A stretch of DNA of 64,000 nt from Nitrospirota bacterium (GTDB taxonomy: Bacteria; Nitrospirota; UBA9217), in contig CAWJQQ010000003.1 in assembly GCA_963845065.1 (NCBI GenBank), positions 128,001 to 192,000 of the forward strand, read 5' to 3'. Every line of letters begins with the position of its first letter. The stretch's first letter is position 1. Positions 50,389 to 61,532 of the stretch are shown here, piece after piece. Below the pieces are notes generated by a model. That model was not told the origin of the DNA and did no database searches. It saw only the letters and a program-made list of their open reading frames with translations. Both the position numbers and the translations under genes were made by a program.

Positions 50389-51498
50389 ATGAAAATTGCC
50401 TTCGCGCATATGTACACTTTGCGCAATCCGCGTGGGATAGAGCGTTTCATCATCAACGTTGCAAACGGTCTGGCAAAAAAAGGGCACGATCTGACGCTTA
50501 TTACCGGTAGGTGCGCGCAGCCGGTAACGCGGGAATGGATTGATGAACGTGTGCGTGTCTACGAAATCTATCATCATAACTGGCACAAGCTCTCGTTTAT
50601 ACCAGGGTTTATGCATGCTTTTCTGACCGCTGACTACGATATCATAAACCTATCTATCGCGCGCGGCGAAGGATATGCAGCAGGTCTAGCTCATTTACTA
50701 AAGAAATTTCGTTATAACATCGTTTTCCAATATCCCTTTGAAGAGCATGAGAAGCATTTCAATGCCTTCAAAAAATTTGGAACTGCGAAGTATGCAGATA
50801 AACTCGTTGCAGCAAGCACCTATATTGCGCAGGGTGTGGAACGCTGTTTCAATCGACCGGCTATTACGATCCCGAACGGCGTAGACCCAGACATGTTCCA
50901 TCCTAATATCTCACGTCGCATTGAAATGCGGAAAAAACTTAAGATTCCAGAAAAAGCACCAGTCATTATTACGGTTGCGGCCCTTCAGGGCCGTAAAGGA
51001 ATCAGCAAAGTATTGGATGCCATAAGTCTTCTGAAAAAATCTTTTTCCGATATACGGTACATCGTATGCGGCGATGGTAACGAAAAAGATCGGGACTCGT
51101 TTCTCGGGAAAATTAGGTCTTCGGGCCTCGAACAAAACGTACTGTTCATGGGAAACCAGAAAGACGTGTCCGGATTTTACAATGCTGCAGACCTGTTTGT
51201 ATTCTTTCCTGAGTTCGAAGGATTCGGTATCGTGGTTATTGAGGCTATGGCAAGCGAACTGCCTGTTGTTGTATCGCAGGGGAGTGCCTTCCCCGAGATA
51301 CTCTCACAAGGAGGCGGTTTGATTGTTGACCCGTCTTCGCCTGCTTCCGTAGCAGAAGAAATCCAGGCGCTACTTCTCAGCCCAAGCCGCATGAAGCATC
51401 TCGGCATCGAGGGACGCGAATCGGTTTTAAGAAAATATTCCTGGGATGCGGTTACAGCACAATTTGAACAACTTTTTGAACACCAATTGAAAACGTAG
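50389..51498 (+). CDS. GT4 glycosyltransferase
   Basis: IPNGVD, RKG, EGFGIVVIEAMASELPVV, YSWD. Confidence 0.9.
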   Translation: MKIAFAHMYTLRNPRGIERFIINVANGLAKKGHDLTLITGRCAQPVTREWIDERVRVYEIYHHNWHKLSFIPGFMHAFLTADYDIINLSIARGEGYAAGLAHLLKKFRYNIVFQYPFEEHEKHFNAFKKFGTAKYADKLVAASTYIAQGVERCFNRPAITIPNGVDPDMFHPNISRRIEMRKKLKIPEKAPVIITVAALQGRKGISKVLDAISLLKKSFSDIRYIVCGDGNEKDRDSFLGKIRSSGLEQNVLFMGNQKDVSGFYNAADLFVFFPEFEGFGIVVIEAMASELPVVVSQGSAFPEILSQGGGLIVDPSSPASVAEEIQALLLSPSRMKHLGIEGRESVLRKYSWDAVTAQFEQLFEHQLKT

Positions 51499-51531
51499 CT
51501 TTTTTTGGAGTATGAAGCGAGGTAACCTTGT

Positions 51532-52374
51532 ATGGCTGATAGACTGAAAATATCCGCTGTGGTCATCACGTTCAACGAGGAAAGAAAAATTGAACGGTGC
51601 CTTAGAAGCCTCTGCTGGGCCGATGAAATCATTGTTGTGGACTCATTTAGCACAGATCGCACTTTAGAGATATGCAAGCGATTCACAAGCAAAGTCTATC
51701 AACATCCTTGGCCGCATAGCTCGTCGCAACAGCGAAATATCGCAGACCGCTATGCAGCGAACGACTGGATATTAGCGCTCGACGCGGACGAGGTCGCTAC
51801 CATTGGCTTGCGCGACGAAATTGACGAGGTGTTCACAAATGGCCCTCGTGCCGATCTTTTTATGATCCCACGAAGAGAATATTTCGCAGGAAAGTGGATC
51901 AAAGCAGGCGCTTGGTATCCCCAGTACAAAACTAACCTATACCGCAAATCTCTGGGCATGTGGGAAGGCCCGATACATCTCAAGGTAATTACGCGCGGTA
52001 CGACGGCGTATCTAGAACAGCCTATTCTCCATGACGGATATGTAAGCTTCAGGGCGTTTATGGATAAATTCAACTATTATAGCTCTATCGAAGCAGAAGG
52101 CGACTACAGCGAGCTTCACAAACGGTTTAACTTGATGAGGGCGTTGTTTAAGCCGTGGGAGCGTTTTTTTGGAAGATTTATCATCCACCAGGGGTACCAG
52201 GATGGCATCCATGGCTTCTTCCTTGCTGCCGTAATCGCGTTCAATTATTTTCTACGTGAATTAAAACTATATGAACACAGCTACAAAGATAAACAGAGAG
52301 ACGGTTGGGATCGTGAATATGAGAAATTTGCGGTCAAAGGCAATCCTGATTCCATACAGGAAGAAACAAAATAA
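51532..52374 (+). CDS. GT2 glycosyltransferase (WaaE/KdtX-like)
   Basis: ITFNEE, WADEIIVVDSFSTD, LDADE, GYQDGIHG. Confidence 0.9.
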   Translation: MADRLKISAVVITFNEERKIERCLRSLCWADEIIVVDSFSTDRTLEICKRFTSKVYQHPWPHSSSQQRNIADRYAANDWILALDADEVATIGLRDEIDEVFTNGPRADLFMIPRREYFAGKWIKAGAWYPQYKTNLYRKSLGMWEGPIHLKVITRGTTAYLEQPILHDGYVSFRAFMDKFNYYSSIEAEGDYSELHKRFNLMRALFKPWERFFGRFIIHQGYQDGIHGFFLAAVIAFNYFLRELKLYEHSYKDKQRDGWDREYEKFAVKGNPDSIQEETK

Positions 52375-52406
52375 TTGAATTATTATTGACTCATCTGCAT
52401 TACCTC

Positions 52407-53522
52407 ATGAGAATTCTTTTTATTAATAATTTTAGGTACCGGGGCGGCGGCGAAGAATTTTTGATGGAACTTCTGCCCGGGCTGATAAAAAAGGGTGCGA
52501 CCATCGGTATTGTATGTCGTCCTGAAACACCGTTGACAACAATGTTCGAAGGTCATTCCGTAGTTGTCTACCCCATAGAAAAGTCTGGAATCAAGGGAAT
52601 AAGTTCGTTTTTTGAGATTGCAAATATAATCAAGCAGGGCAGATACGAGATCGTCAGCATCCAGCGAGGCCATGACATCGTTCAGGCTTGGATAGCCATG
52701 CTCCTTTCTGGTGTACATCCGTATCTTGTGCATACTGTTCACATAGCGGACTTCATCAAGTCGCGGTTTCTTCTTAACCGTTTGAACAATATCGTTACGA
52801 TCTCTAAACATATAGTGGACAGAATGGAGGCTTTTGAACCTGCTCTTGCAGGTAAAATAAGAGTTATCCACCATGGTATTGACCTTGATATGTTTAAACC
52901 CATGACAAAAATGCATGGTTTCATCAGGAATCGTTTCGGACTCTCATCCGATACCCCACTCATCAGTACGTCCGGCAGCATGTGGAAGAACCAGATTGAG
53001 TTTCTCGATGCCCTTGTTGAAATACGGAAAGAAATACCGGGTGTCCACTACCTGCTGCTCACACCGTTAGCCGACATGCCCCAACTTCAAGCGTTCAAGA
53101 AACGGGCAGCTGACCTCGGTGTAACTGATATGATTTTATGGTTGGATACGTTGCCAAAGGGCGACATGCCGGCTTACTTTGCTGATATAGACATTGCCGT
53201 CAGTACATTCAGGAATGAGGGGTTTGGTATATGGGTGATTGAAGCGCTGGCTATGGGTACGCCGGTTGTTGCTTTTGACGAAGGCGGCGTGCGCGATGCT
53301 CTTGAGGGATGTCCTGCCGGTATACTCGTCAGGAATGGTGCTCATGGCATGGCTGAAGCAATAATCCGCATATTGCAGAATAAGGAATTACGACAGATCA
53401 TGTCGAAAGCAGGACCGAACTGGGTTGAGGAACGGTTCAGCAAGGATAGGATGATAGAAGAGTACTTTCGGTTTTTCGATGGTGTTATAAAGAATAATTC
53501 GACTTTGCCAGGTAAATATTGA
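52407..53522 (+). CDS. GT4 glycosyltransferase
   Basis: MRILFIN..RGGGE, IHHGID, EGFGIWVIEALAMGTPVVA. Confidence 0.9.
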   Translation: MRILFINNFRYRGGGEEFLMELLPGLIKKGATIGIVCRPETPLTTMFEGHSVVVYPIEKSGIKGISSFFEIANIIKQGRYEIVSIQRGHDIVQAWIAMLLSGVHPYLVHTVHIADFIKSRFLLNRLNNIVTISKHIVDRMEAFEPALAGKIRVIHHGIDLDMFKPMTKMHGFIRNRFGLSSDTPLISTSGSMWKNQIEFLDALVEIRKEIPGVHYLLLTPLADMPQLQAFKKRAADLGVTDMILWLDTLPKGDMPAYFADIDIAVSTFRNEGFGIWVIEALAMGTPVVAFDEGGVRDALEGCPAGILVRNGAHGMAEAIIRILQNKELRQIMSKAGPNWVEERFSKDRMIEEYFRFFDGVIKNNSTLPGKY

Positions 53523-54253
53523 TGTCAACAGCCATTATCCTTATGTACCACAACATTGACACTCCTCCCAAGGGAGTGCGCATACCCAACCTGTACGTGA
53601 CACCGAGAATGTTTCGCTTTCAGATGTGGTACTTAAAGAAGTCAGGATTCAAAGTTCTGTCACTATCGGATATGCTTGCATCTGTTGCTGCAGGGAACAG
53701 AACTAATAATCTTGCAGCCATCACCTTTGACGATGGGTACCGGGATTTTTACATAAACGCTTATCCGATTCTGAAACGTTACGAATATCCATCAACTGTG
53801 TACGTCGTGTCTGATCTCACAGGCAAGGTCAATACATGGGATTCTGACAACGAGAATATCACAAAACCCCTGATGGACTGGGATATGATCCGTGAAATCA
53901 GTCAGTTTGGCGTCGAAATCGGCTCTCACACCAGATCACATCTGCAACTTTCGACTTTATCGGACGAAGCGTTACAGGAGGAACTGAGGGGATCAAAAAA
54001 GACCTTGGAAGAACAGCTTAGCAAGGAGGTTGAGCATTTTTGTTATCCTTATGGAGATTTCGATGATTTGGTGAAAGAACAAGTAAAAAAAGCGGGATAT
54101 CAGTCTGCTGTTACAACTCGAAGAGGCCATGTTCTAGATGGGTTTGACTCCTTTTTATTGCCTAGAGTTTCGATAAAGTTCGTTACGAATCCTGTGACTT
54201 TTCTTTATAAAATTCAAACAGATTCCGAAATGCGGAAGGGGCGGCAGAAATAG
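53522..54253 (+). CDS. Polysaccharide deacetylase (NodB/CE4 family)
   Basis: ILMYH, ITFDDGY, IGSHTRSH, FCYPYG. Confidence 0.92.
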   Translation: MSTAIILMYHNIDTPPKGVRIPNLYVTPRMFRFQMWYLKKSGFKVLSLSDMLASVAAGNRTNNLAAITFDDGYRDFYINAYPILKRYEYPSTVYVVSDLTGKVNTWDSDNENITKPLMDWDMIREISQFGVEIGSHTRSHLQLSTLSDEALQEELRGSKKTLEEQLSKEVEHFCYPYGDFDDLVKEQVKKAGYQSAVTTRRGHVLDGFDSFLLPRVSIKFVTNPVTFLYKIQTDSEMRKGRQK

Positions 54254-54424
54254 AAACGGGAAAACTGGTCAGGAATGTTATGCCATGAATTGCAAGCCCT
54301 TCGAATATTTAACTGCATTAATGATGTGTGTCGCCACATTTGTTCATTGATTTTTTGCATGATCAGCCATGGTCACTTTAAAAGAAAGTGCAGTATATGA
54401 AAGAGGATATCTGGAGGAGCGGAG

Positions 54425-55705
54425 ATGAACAGATCGAAGTATTATAGTACAATCGCGTGGTCCCTACTTCTTTTTGCTTTTACCCTACCCCTGTCAAAGA
54501 GTGCTGGTAATATACTTATCTTTCTTATCTACCCAATGGTAGCTGCAGGAGCCTTGTTTTTTAAAGACATTAAAGAGTCGGTAATTATAAACATCAAGCA
54601 ACCTTTAACATTGGCATTCGTTCTCGTTTTTGCTGTCTCATTCGTTGGGATCTTTTTTTCTGGAAAATATGTTGATGGTATGCAAACAGCCAATAAATTC
54701 CTTGAACTACTTGCCATCTATTTCATGTTCTCAGTCTTGATCCCATGCGTCCAGGACAAGTCAAAAAAATATCGGAGCGCTGAATCCCTCCTCATCGCAT
54801 TTCTGATCGGGCTTATGGGATTGAATGTGATAGCAGTGATGACCTATCTCGGCATCGTGGGCGACAAAAAATTCGTTCTTCCATTGGCACCCCTGCACGT
54901 ACACCATATCTGGTTTTCCAACGTAAACGCGATAGGACTCTACGCAGCGGCCGCCTTTCTGCTATATTTCCGGCGCAATCTCTCAAGAGCAGTCAACGTG
55001 TTCTTTTACGTCTCCATAACACTTGCCGTTCTCTGTGTTCTTCTGTCCACAGCACGGACAGCATGGTTCGGCATTCTCTTGACATCAATGGCCATGGCCT
55101 TCCTCGTTAGCAAGAGCAGGAAGACATTCTTCATTATCGCCGGACTAGCCGCCGTGATTTGTGTTGTGGCCTATCTATTCATCCCGTTTGTTCACGAACG
55201 GATTTATATGATCGGAAGCGATATATCGAACTATTCAGCCGGAGAAACAGTGACATCACTCGGCGCACGATTCCTCATGTGGAAAGCAGCACTTAAAATG
55301 TTTTGGTCCAATCCTTTGATAGGGGTCGGTTCCGGTGATTATGTCCCTGCTATGGTCGCATACGTGAACTCGGGACAGTTTCCTAAATTCCTGCTCGATT
55401 TCAACCAGCCGCATAACATATATCTCTTCGCTTTGGCCACCAACGGCTTACCCGGACTGGTCACGCTGCTTTATGTATTTTACAGGATATTGAAGTTCTC
55501 TTTGCCCGTTATCCTGACGGAGGGAGGTAATCCAGACAGTGAAAAAGAAAGATTGTTCGCGTTTCTTGCCGTTGCGACTGCCATACATTTTATGATATCG
55601 GGCCTTACTGATTCATTTTTTAGCATTCAGATACTTCGCTATACCTTTGCGTTTGTCATTGGCGTGTGCGTGAGACAAGCTATTACCACAGAAAATAGCT
55701 CGTAA
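54425..55705 (+). CDS. waaL: O-antigen ligase family protein
   Basis: Multi-TM protein with ARTAW, SLGARFLMW, PLIGVG and PHNIYL motifs. Confidence 0.85.
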   Translation: MNRSKYYSTIAWSLLLFAFTLPLSKSAGNILIFLIYPMVAAGALFFKDIKESVIINIKQPLTLAFVLVFAVSFVGIFFSGKYVDGMQTANKFLELLAIYFMFSVLIPCVQDKSKKYRSAESLLIAFLIGLMGLNVIAVMTYLGIVGDKKFVLPLAPLHVHHIWFSNVNAIGLYAAAAFLLYFRRNLSRAVNVFFYVSITLAVLCVLLSTARTAWFGILLTSMAMAFLVSKSRKTFFIIAGLAAVICVVAYLFIPFVHERIYMIGSDISNYSAGETVTSLGARFLMWKAALKMFWSNPLIGVGSGDYVPAMVAYVNSGQFPKFLLDFNQPHNIYLFALATNGLPGLVTLLYVFYRILKFSLPVILTEGGNPDSEKERLFAFLAVATAIHFMISGLTDSFFSIQILRYTFAFVIGVCVRQAITTENSS

Positions 55706-55755
55706 CTCGCTGGGTCCAATCCCCACACAAACAACTGCCGTCTGAGGACCATCGG

Positions 55756-56733
55756 CTAAAGGTTATTTTTCTTTTCCCACTCCCATGCCGTTTTGATGAT
55801 GAAATTGAGGTCGTCATAGTGCGGTTGCCAATGCAGCTTCTGCCTGATTTTCGAACTGTCCGCAACGAGGACAGGCGAATCACCTTCACGGCGTTGTGAT
55901 TCTTTGACCGGGAAGTGAATCCCGGAGACCTTGAGAGCTGCGTCTACCACTTCACGAACTGAATATCCATGGCCGTAACCGCAATTGAACACATCGCTAG
56001 TCCCCCCTGAAAAAAGATATTCAAGTGCTCGGATGTGCGCCTCCACAAGATCCATGACTTGGATGTAATCCCTGATGCAGGTCCCGTCAGGAGTATCGTA
56101 GTCGGTCCCGTGAATGGCTACGTTTTCCCGTTCTCCTTTTGCAGCTTTTAGGATAAGAGGGATCAGATGCGTTTCAGGATAATGCCGTTCACCTATCCGT
56201 GCGAGCAGGTCAGCGCCTGCCGCATTGAAGTATCTTAGCGAAATATAGCGAAAAGCTTTAACTCGTGATAGGTCTGCCAAGATCCTTTCAACAAAAGCTT
56301 TTGACCAGCCATAGGGATTACTTGGGTTTATCGGTTCCTCCTCCGTTATGGGGACGCGTTTCGGATGCCCATACACAGCTGCAGTCGAAGAAAAGATAAA
56401 GTTATTGATCCCTTCATTTGTCATTGCGTCGAGAAGATTGATGGCATTCACGCTGTTGTTGACATAATACTTAAGCGGATCCAGAACCGACTCTCCGACT
56501 TGGATAAAGGCCGCAAAATGGATCACCGCATCGGGCTTGAAATCGTGAAGCGCCGATTTTAATAAGTGCGTATCCCTTAAATCACCGACAACCAGTTTAC
56601 CGGATAGCAAGGCATCGCGATGTCCTGTTATCAGGCTGTCGTACACCAGAACATCGAAGCCTTTTTCTCCCAGCGCTGCCACCATGTGGCTTCCAATGTA
56701 TCCAGCGCCACCGGTGATAAAAATTTTTTTCAC
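55756..56733 (-). CDS. galE: UDP-glucose 4-epimerase
   Basis: TGGAGYIGSH, HFAA, FSSTAAVYG, YGWSK, LRYFNAAGA, DGTCIRDYI. Confidence 0.96.
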   Translation of the reverse strand: MKKIFITGGAGYIGSHMVAALGEKGFDVLVYDSLITGHRDALLSGKLVVGDLRDTHLLKSALHDFKPDAVIHFAAFIQVGESVLDPLKYYVNNSVNAINLLDAMTNEGINNFIFSSTAAVYGHPKRVPITEEEPINPSNPYGWSKAFVERILADLSRVKAFRYISLRYFNAAGADLLARIGERHYPETHLIPLILKAAKGERENVAIHGTDYDTPDGTCIRDYIQVMDLVEAHIRALEYLFSGGTSDVFNCGYGHGYSVREVVDAALKVSGIHFPVKESQRREGDSPVLVADSSKIRQKLHWQPHYDDLNFIIKTAWEWEKKNNL

Positions 56734-56772
56734 AGTTTTCCCTGCCTATTTTGTTGAGATCACGGATCCGAC

Positions 56773-58212
56773 CTAATAAGCTCCTTCTCTAAGGAGAACG
56801 ACTCTGAAGGTTTTGAATAAGATAACGATGTCCAGCCAAACGGACCAGTTGAGAACATACCATGCATCGAGTATAAGGCGGTCTTCAAAAGTTAGTTTGT
56901 TCCTGCCCGACACCTGCCACAAGCCGGATATTCCAGGAGGCGTCAGGAGAATCGTATCAATGTAATACTTCATGTCGCTCTCCTCACGTCGTAAATACGG
57001 ACGAGAACCGACGAGACTCATTTCACCTTTAAATATGTTAAAGAACTGCGGTAGCTCGTCCATCGACGTTTGTCTCAGGAATTTTCCGATACGGGTAATT
57101 CGCGGATCCAGGCCTTTTAATTTTTTATATTTCTGCCATTCCAGTGCCTTCTCCGGATTAGACTGCAGATGATCATTGAGAAGATCATCGCTTTGTAAAT
57201 ACATGGTCCTGAACTTTATGCATTTAAAAATAGTTCTATTCTTGCCGAAACGGTCCTGTATGTGGAAAACGGGTCCTTGCGAATCCAGTTTAATAAATAA
57301 GGCGAAAAAGGCGATGACTAACAGTAAAAGAGGCAAAAGGAGAATGACGATCGTCAAATCAAACATTCTCTTTACAAAACGGTTGAGCGTTGATTTCAGG
57401 TTGTTATTGATCTTGAGCAGAAACAGCTGCTCCATAAATAGGTAGTAGAGTTCTGTATTAGAAAGTGCTACTCCTTTTACATCGGGAACAAGTAGAATTG
57501 TTTTGGAGTATTTCTGGATCTCGTTGGTAAGTTGCGAAAGTTTATCATTTGATAGAGAGGGGATAGCGACGATTACGGTCGAAATCTCGAACTGTTTGAC
57601 AATGTTTTTGCAATCGCTGACTTTCCCCAAGATATCATAGGAGTTGTCACCAACCTGAACATGCTTGCCAATACTCTCATCATCGTCGAGGAATCCTACT
57701 ATGTGATAGCCAATATGGGCGTCAGAATTTATTCCTTTCGCGGTTGTTAATCCCGCTGCACCTGCGCCGATAATAATGACATTATCACGCCAAATAATGG
57801 CACTCAATACTTTCTTGCCGATGAGACGGAACAGGGGAAGGGAAAATAAGCTATAAAAACAAAGAAAAACAATGGTTAAGCGGGAAATCCCGGCCATTTT
57901 CCCAAGGGATATCACTGCGAGAATTGTTATAGTGGACGCAGAAATTGATTTGAAAATTTCTTTTGTTTCGTCCCAGAAGGGGAGCTTTTTAACGTAAAGA
58001 CTGGCATATGCGATAAAGGCTATAAAGATGACCGGTAGCCACCAGAAGCTTACAAAGAAACCGAGAGAAAACCGTAGTGGGATCACCTTCGGATACAAGA
58101 CTTGAAGCAATACCCTGGAATAATAGGCCGCAAGAAGGGCGGAGTAAAAAGCAGTGATGTCCAGTAATAACAATAAGACAATCTTTAAGATATTTCTTAT
58201 TTTTTCTGTCAA
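56773..58212 (-). CDS. wbaP: Undecaprenyl-phosphate hexose-1-phosphate transferase (WbaP family)
   Basis: N-terminal TMs, CoA-binding-like domain, KRMFDL, KFRTM, DPRITRIG.FLR.TSMDELPQ, PGISGLWQVSGR. Confidence 0.88.
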   Translation of the reverse strand: MTEKIRNILKIVLLLLLDITAFYSALLAAYYSRVLLQVLYPKVIPLRFSLGFFVSFWWLPVIFIAFIAYASLYVKKLPFWDETKEIFKSISASTITILAVISLGKMAGISRLTIVFLCFYSLFSLPLFRLIGKKVLSAIIWRDNVIIIGAGAAGLTTAKGINSDAHIGYHIVGFLDDDESIGKHVQVGDNSYDILGKVSDCKNIVKQFEISTVIVAIPSLSNDKLSQLTNEIQKYSKTILLVPDVKGVALSNTELYYLFMEQLFLLKINNNLKSTLNRFVKRMFDLTIVILLLPLLLLVIAFFALFIKLDSQGPVFHIQDRFGKNRTIFKCIKFRTMYLQSDDLLNDHLQSNPEKALEWQKYKKLKGLDPRITRIGKFLRQTSMDELPQFFNIFKGEMSLVGSRPYLRREESDMKYYIDTILLTPPGISGLWQVSGRNKLTFEDRLILDAWYVLNWSVWLDIVILFKTFRVVLLREGAY

Positions 58213-58564
58213 AAAAATGTCCTATAGAACGCAGAATTACCTCAGGTGCTCAGGCATATCTTGAATTTGAAGTTATATCCGAAAGTATCCTAAGATATTA
58301 TAATCATTTCTAAATTGCAAGGTGATAATTTTGACTTTTAACCCAAAGATTTAAACTCACTTTCTCGAAAAAGTCCGAATCTTAATGAAAAACGATAATG
58401 AATGACCAGATTGAGTAATCGAACGGATATTTGTAAATAGACGCAGCCGGTAGAGTACAGTGTTTAATGTAACCATAACTCAGGTAGACACATTGTAGTG
58501 CGAGTAGGAGAACTCGAAACTAGTTAACCGCATGACAAAAAAGCTTTTTTATGATTTTCCTTCC

Positions 58565-58615
58565 TTGACAATTTGATGAGCAATGTGATATTATCCCTCT
58601 GTTCAATTTTGAACA
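58565..58615 (+). promoter_or_regulatory. Sigma-70 promoter with palindromic operator upstream of MarR-type regulator
   Basis: TTGACA(58565-58570)-18 bp-TATTAT(58589-58594, extended TG), then TGTTCAA-TT-TTGAACA(58600-58615). Confidence 0.65.
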
Positions 58616-58718
58616 TTGTATTATCTCATGTAGCCAGACAGAGGAATAGAAATATATTTTAAAGCAACTATGTGTTTTAATGACCTAAAAAATTGCCGGC
58701 AAATACAGAGAGAATTTT

Positions 58719-59045
58719 ATGAAGCCAGACATTGGATGTACGCAAATATTAAGAGAGATTTCAAAGAATCCGAATATCTCACAAAGAGAAATTGCTTTAA
58801 AGCATAGGATCAGTTTGGGCAAAGTAAATTATGCTATCAAATCTTTAATCAGGGAAGGTTTTATAAAAATCCAAAGCTTTTCAGGTACGCCAAAAAGGCA
58901 AAGATATACATACATTTTAACACCAATAGGCATGGATGAAAAGGTTAGACAGACAACCAATTTTTTAAAATGGAAATTGGACGAATATGAGCGGATGAAA
59001 AAAGAAATCGAGGAATTGAAGGAGGACGTTAACAACTTTTTATAG
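58719..59045 (+). CDS. EPS-associated MarR-family transcriptional regulator
   Basis: ISQREIA...ISLGKVNYAIKSLI..GFIK, Y.YILTP.G..EK...T..FL..K..EYE. Confidence 0.88.
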   Translation: MKPDIGCTQILREISKNPNISQREIALKHRISLGKVNYAIKSLIREGFIKIQSFSGTPKRQRYTYILTPIGMDEKVRQTTNFLKWKLDEYERMKKEIEELKEDVNNFL

Positions 59046-59366
59046 AAGTGTTCGACTGGATCGCTAATCGATGTCGATAGCCCTGTCAGAGGAGCGATGT
59101 GTCTGATTAGTGTTAAGTGACGATAGCTGCAAACTCATAGTTATTGAAAAATCATGCGGTTAGTCCCTTTGGGAATGCGACACGAGCAATTGGGAATTTT
59201 AATCGATAAACGTGCCAGCCAGATATTGGTTATCGGATCAGAATATCGAATAGTGTCATCTTCGCAGACAGTAAAACTGTGACTGAGGGGGCGGAGTTGT
59301 ACTATCAGTTAGAAAAAATAACTGCTGCAATAACTAAAAAATATAAATAATATATGTGGAGAAGAT

Positions 59367-60548
59367 ATGAAAAAAGCATTGATCACGGGAATTACAGGTC
59401 AGGATGGTTCGTATCTGGCGGAATTGCTCCTCTCGAAAGGTTATGAAGTTCATGGCCTCATTCGCCGTGCAAGCACATTTAACACTGGTAGAATAGATCA
59501 TATTTATACAGACCCCCATATCCCTAGTGCAAAACTTTTTTTGCACTACGGCGACCTCTCCGATGCCGGACTGCTAGCGCACAGTATTTACAACATTGAA
59601 CCGGATGAAATTTATAATCTTGCCGCTCAAAGTCATGTTCGTGTCAGTTTTGATATGCCAGAATACACAGGGGATATAGTCGGCCTCGGCACGACAAGGC
59701 TCCTCGAATCCATTCAACGCAGCGGAATCAAAACGAAATATTATCAAGCATCGTCGTCAGAAATGTTTGGTGCTACACCACCACCACAGAATGAAAAGAG
59801 CCTGTTCTATCCAAGAAGTCCTTATGCAGCAGCAAAAGTGTATGCATACTGGATGGCTGTAAATTATCGGGAAGGCTACAATCTTTTTGCTTGCAATGGA
59901 ATCCTGTTTAACCATGAATCACCCCGAAGGGGCGAAACATTTGTCACGAGAAAAATAACGAGAGCAATAGCAAAAGTTATTGCTGGAAAACAGCGCAAGC
60001 TTTATCTTGGGAATCTAGATGCCAAGAGGGACTGGGGATTCGCTCCTGAATATGTTGAATGTCAATGGCTCATCCTTCAACAGGACAAACCGGAAGACTA
60101 TGTGATCGGTACGGGAGAAAGTCATTCAGTAAGAGAATTTGTTGAGCTCGGCTTTAAATACGCAGGGATTGAACTTGAGTGGAGAGGGAAAGGTATAAAA
60201 GAACAAGGTATCGTTTCTTCGGTGAATAATAAACAGAATGAAGGCGGGATTAGAAAAGCCACCTCTTCATTGGGTTCTTTCAGCTCAATTACGCCGAAAG
60301 CAGGTGATATCCTTATCGAGATCGATCCGCGCTATTTCCGGCCCACGGAAGTTGATTTTCTCCTTGCAGATTATTCAAAGGCTAAAAGACAGCTCGGGTG
60401 GGAACCCAAAGTTACTTTTGGAGATTTGGTGAAAATCATGGTAGATGCGGACATGGTAGCAGATAACCTCGTGCCGCCGGGTGATGGCAAAACAATATTG
60501 CTCGCCAAGGGCATACACTGGACTAAGAACAGGGTGACAACGGGATAA
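59367..60548 (+). CDS. gmd: GDP-mannose 4,6-dehydratase
   Basis: [72 protein letters not shown]. Confidence 0.98.
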   Translation: MKKALITGITGQDGSYLAELLLSKGYEVHGLIRRASTFNTGRIDHIYTDPHIPSAKLFLHYGDLSDAGLLAHSIYNIEPDEIYNLAAQSHVRVSFDMPEYTGDIVGLGTTRLLESIQRSGIKTKYYQASSSEMFGATPPPQNEKSLFYPRSPYAAAKVYAYWMAVNYREGYNLFACNGILFNHESPRRGETFVTRKITRAIAKVIAGKQRKLYLGNLDAKRDWGFAPEYVECQWLILQQDKPEDYVIGTGESHSVREFVELGFKYAGIELEWRGKGIKEQGIVSSVNNKQNEGGIRKATSSLGSFSSITPKAGDILIEIDPRYFRPTEVDFLLADYSKAKRQLGWEPKVTFGDLVKIMVDADMVADNLVPPGDGKTILLAKGIHWTKNRVTTG

Positions 60549-60704
60549 ATCCAAACTTCGGACAAACCGTTATTTTTTAATCATTTTGGCCCGACCTCTC
60601 TCGTAATTCTCGCTTCAGGACTCTGGTAGATGGGTAGCATGGAGAGTTAAGCGGATCTTGAGTAGTTTAAATGAACTCATCGAACGCGCGGACGTCATAT
60701 ATCA

Positions 60705-61532
60705 ATGTTAATAAAAAAAGCCGTTGACATGATGAAGCATTTTTATTTCTTTATTCGAGACCTTTTCGCTAGTAAATCAATAGTTCTTGAGTTGACCAAA
60801 AATGACTTCAGATCAAGATATTTGGGATCATACCTTGGCTTAGTGTGGGCATTCGTACAGCCGACAATAACTATATTAATATTTTGGTTCGTGTTTGAAT
60901 TCGGCTTCAAATCTAAACCTGTTGGAAATTTTCCATATATTCTCTGGCTGATATCAGGGTTGATACCTTGGTTTTTTTTCAGTGACAGTATATCAACGGC
61001 AACAAACTCAATAACTGAAAAAAGTTATTTGGTAAAAAAAGTCGTATTCCGTGTCAGCATTTTGCCGATCATCAAAATATTGTGTGCCCTTATTATTCAT
61101 CTTTTTTTTCTTTGCTTTATGTTAGCCATGTTCATTATGTACGGTTATATGCCGAGTCTGTACACTCTTCAAGTATTATATTATCTATTTGGCGCAATAA
61201 TTTTGATATTAGGCATGTCATGGATCACTGCGTCATTGTTTATATTTCTAAAGGATATAGGACAAGTGGTTGTCATTTTTCTTCAATTTGGTTTTTGGAT
61301 TACCCCCATTTTCTGGTCTCTTCAATCGGTGCCAGAAAAATATCAGATATTTTTTAAGCTAAACCCTGTTTATTATGTTACGGAAGGGTACCGGGATAGT
61401 CTGATTCACAAGGTTTGGTTCTGGGAACATCCTGGCTTAACTTTAATTTTTTGGGCAATTACAGGCATAATATTCATTTTTGGTGCGATTCTTTTTAGAA
61501 GACTGAGACCTCACTTTGCGGACGTGTTATAA
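60705..61532 (+). CDS. wzm: O-antigen/polysaccharide ABC transporter permease
   Basis: DFRSRYLGSYLG..W, PWFFF, LVKKVVF, TPIFW, LNP, FADVL. Start may be 60729. Confidence 0.92.
   Translation: MLIKKAVDMMKHFYFFIRDLFASKSIVLELTKNDFRSRYLGSYLGLVWAFVQPTITILIFWFVFEFGFKSKPVGNFPYILWLISGLIPWFFFSDSISTATNSITEKSYLVKKVVFRVSILPIIKILCALIIHLFFLCFMLAMFIMYGYMPSLYTLQVLYYLFGAIILILGMSWITASLFIFLKDIGQVVVIFLQFGFWITPIFWSLQSVPEKYQIFFKLNPVYYVTEGYRDSLIHKVWFWEHPGLTLIFWAITGIIFIFGAILFRRLRPHFADVL

Noticed and set aside
59286..59300. ops/JUMPstart element before gmd
   Set aside because: GGGGGCGGAGTTG does not match GGCGGTAG and no JUMPstart stem is evident.
60205..60300. Ser/Gly-rich insertion in Gmd
   Set aside because: It falls in a length-variable region near the C-terminus, with no intein or repeat signatures.
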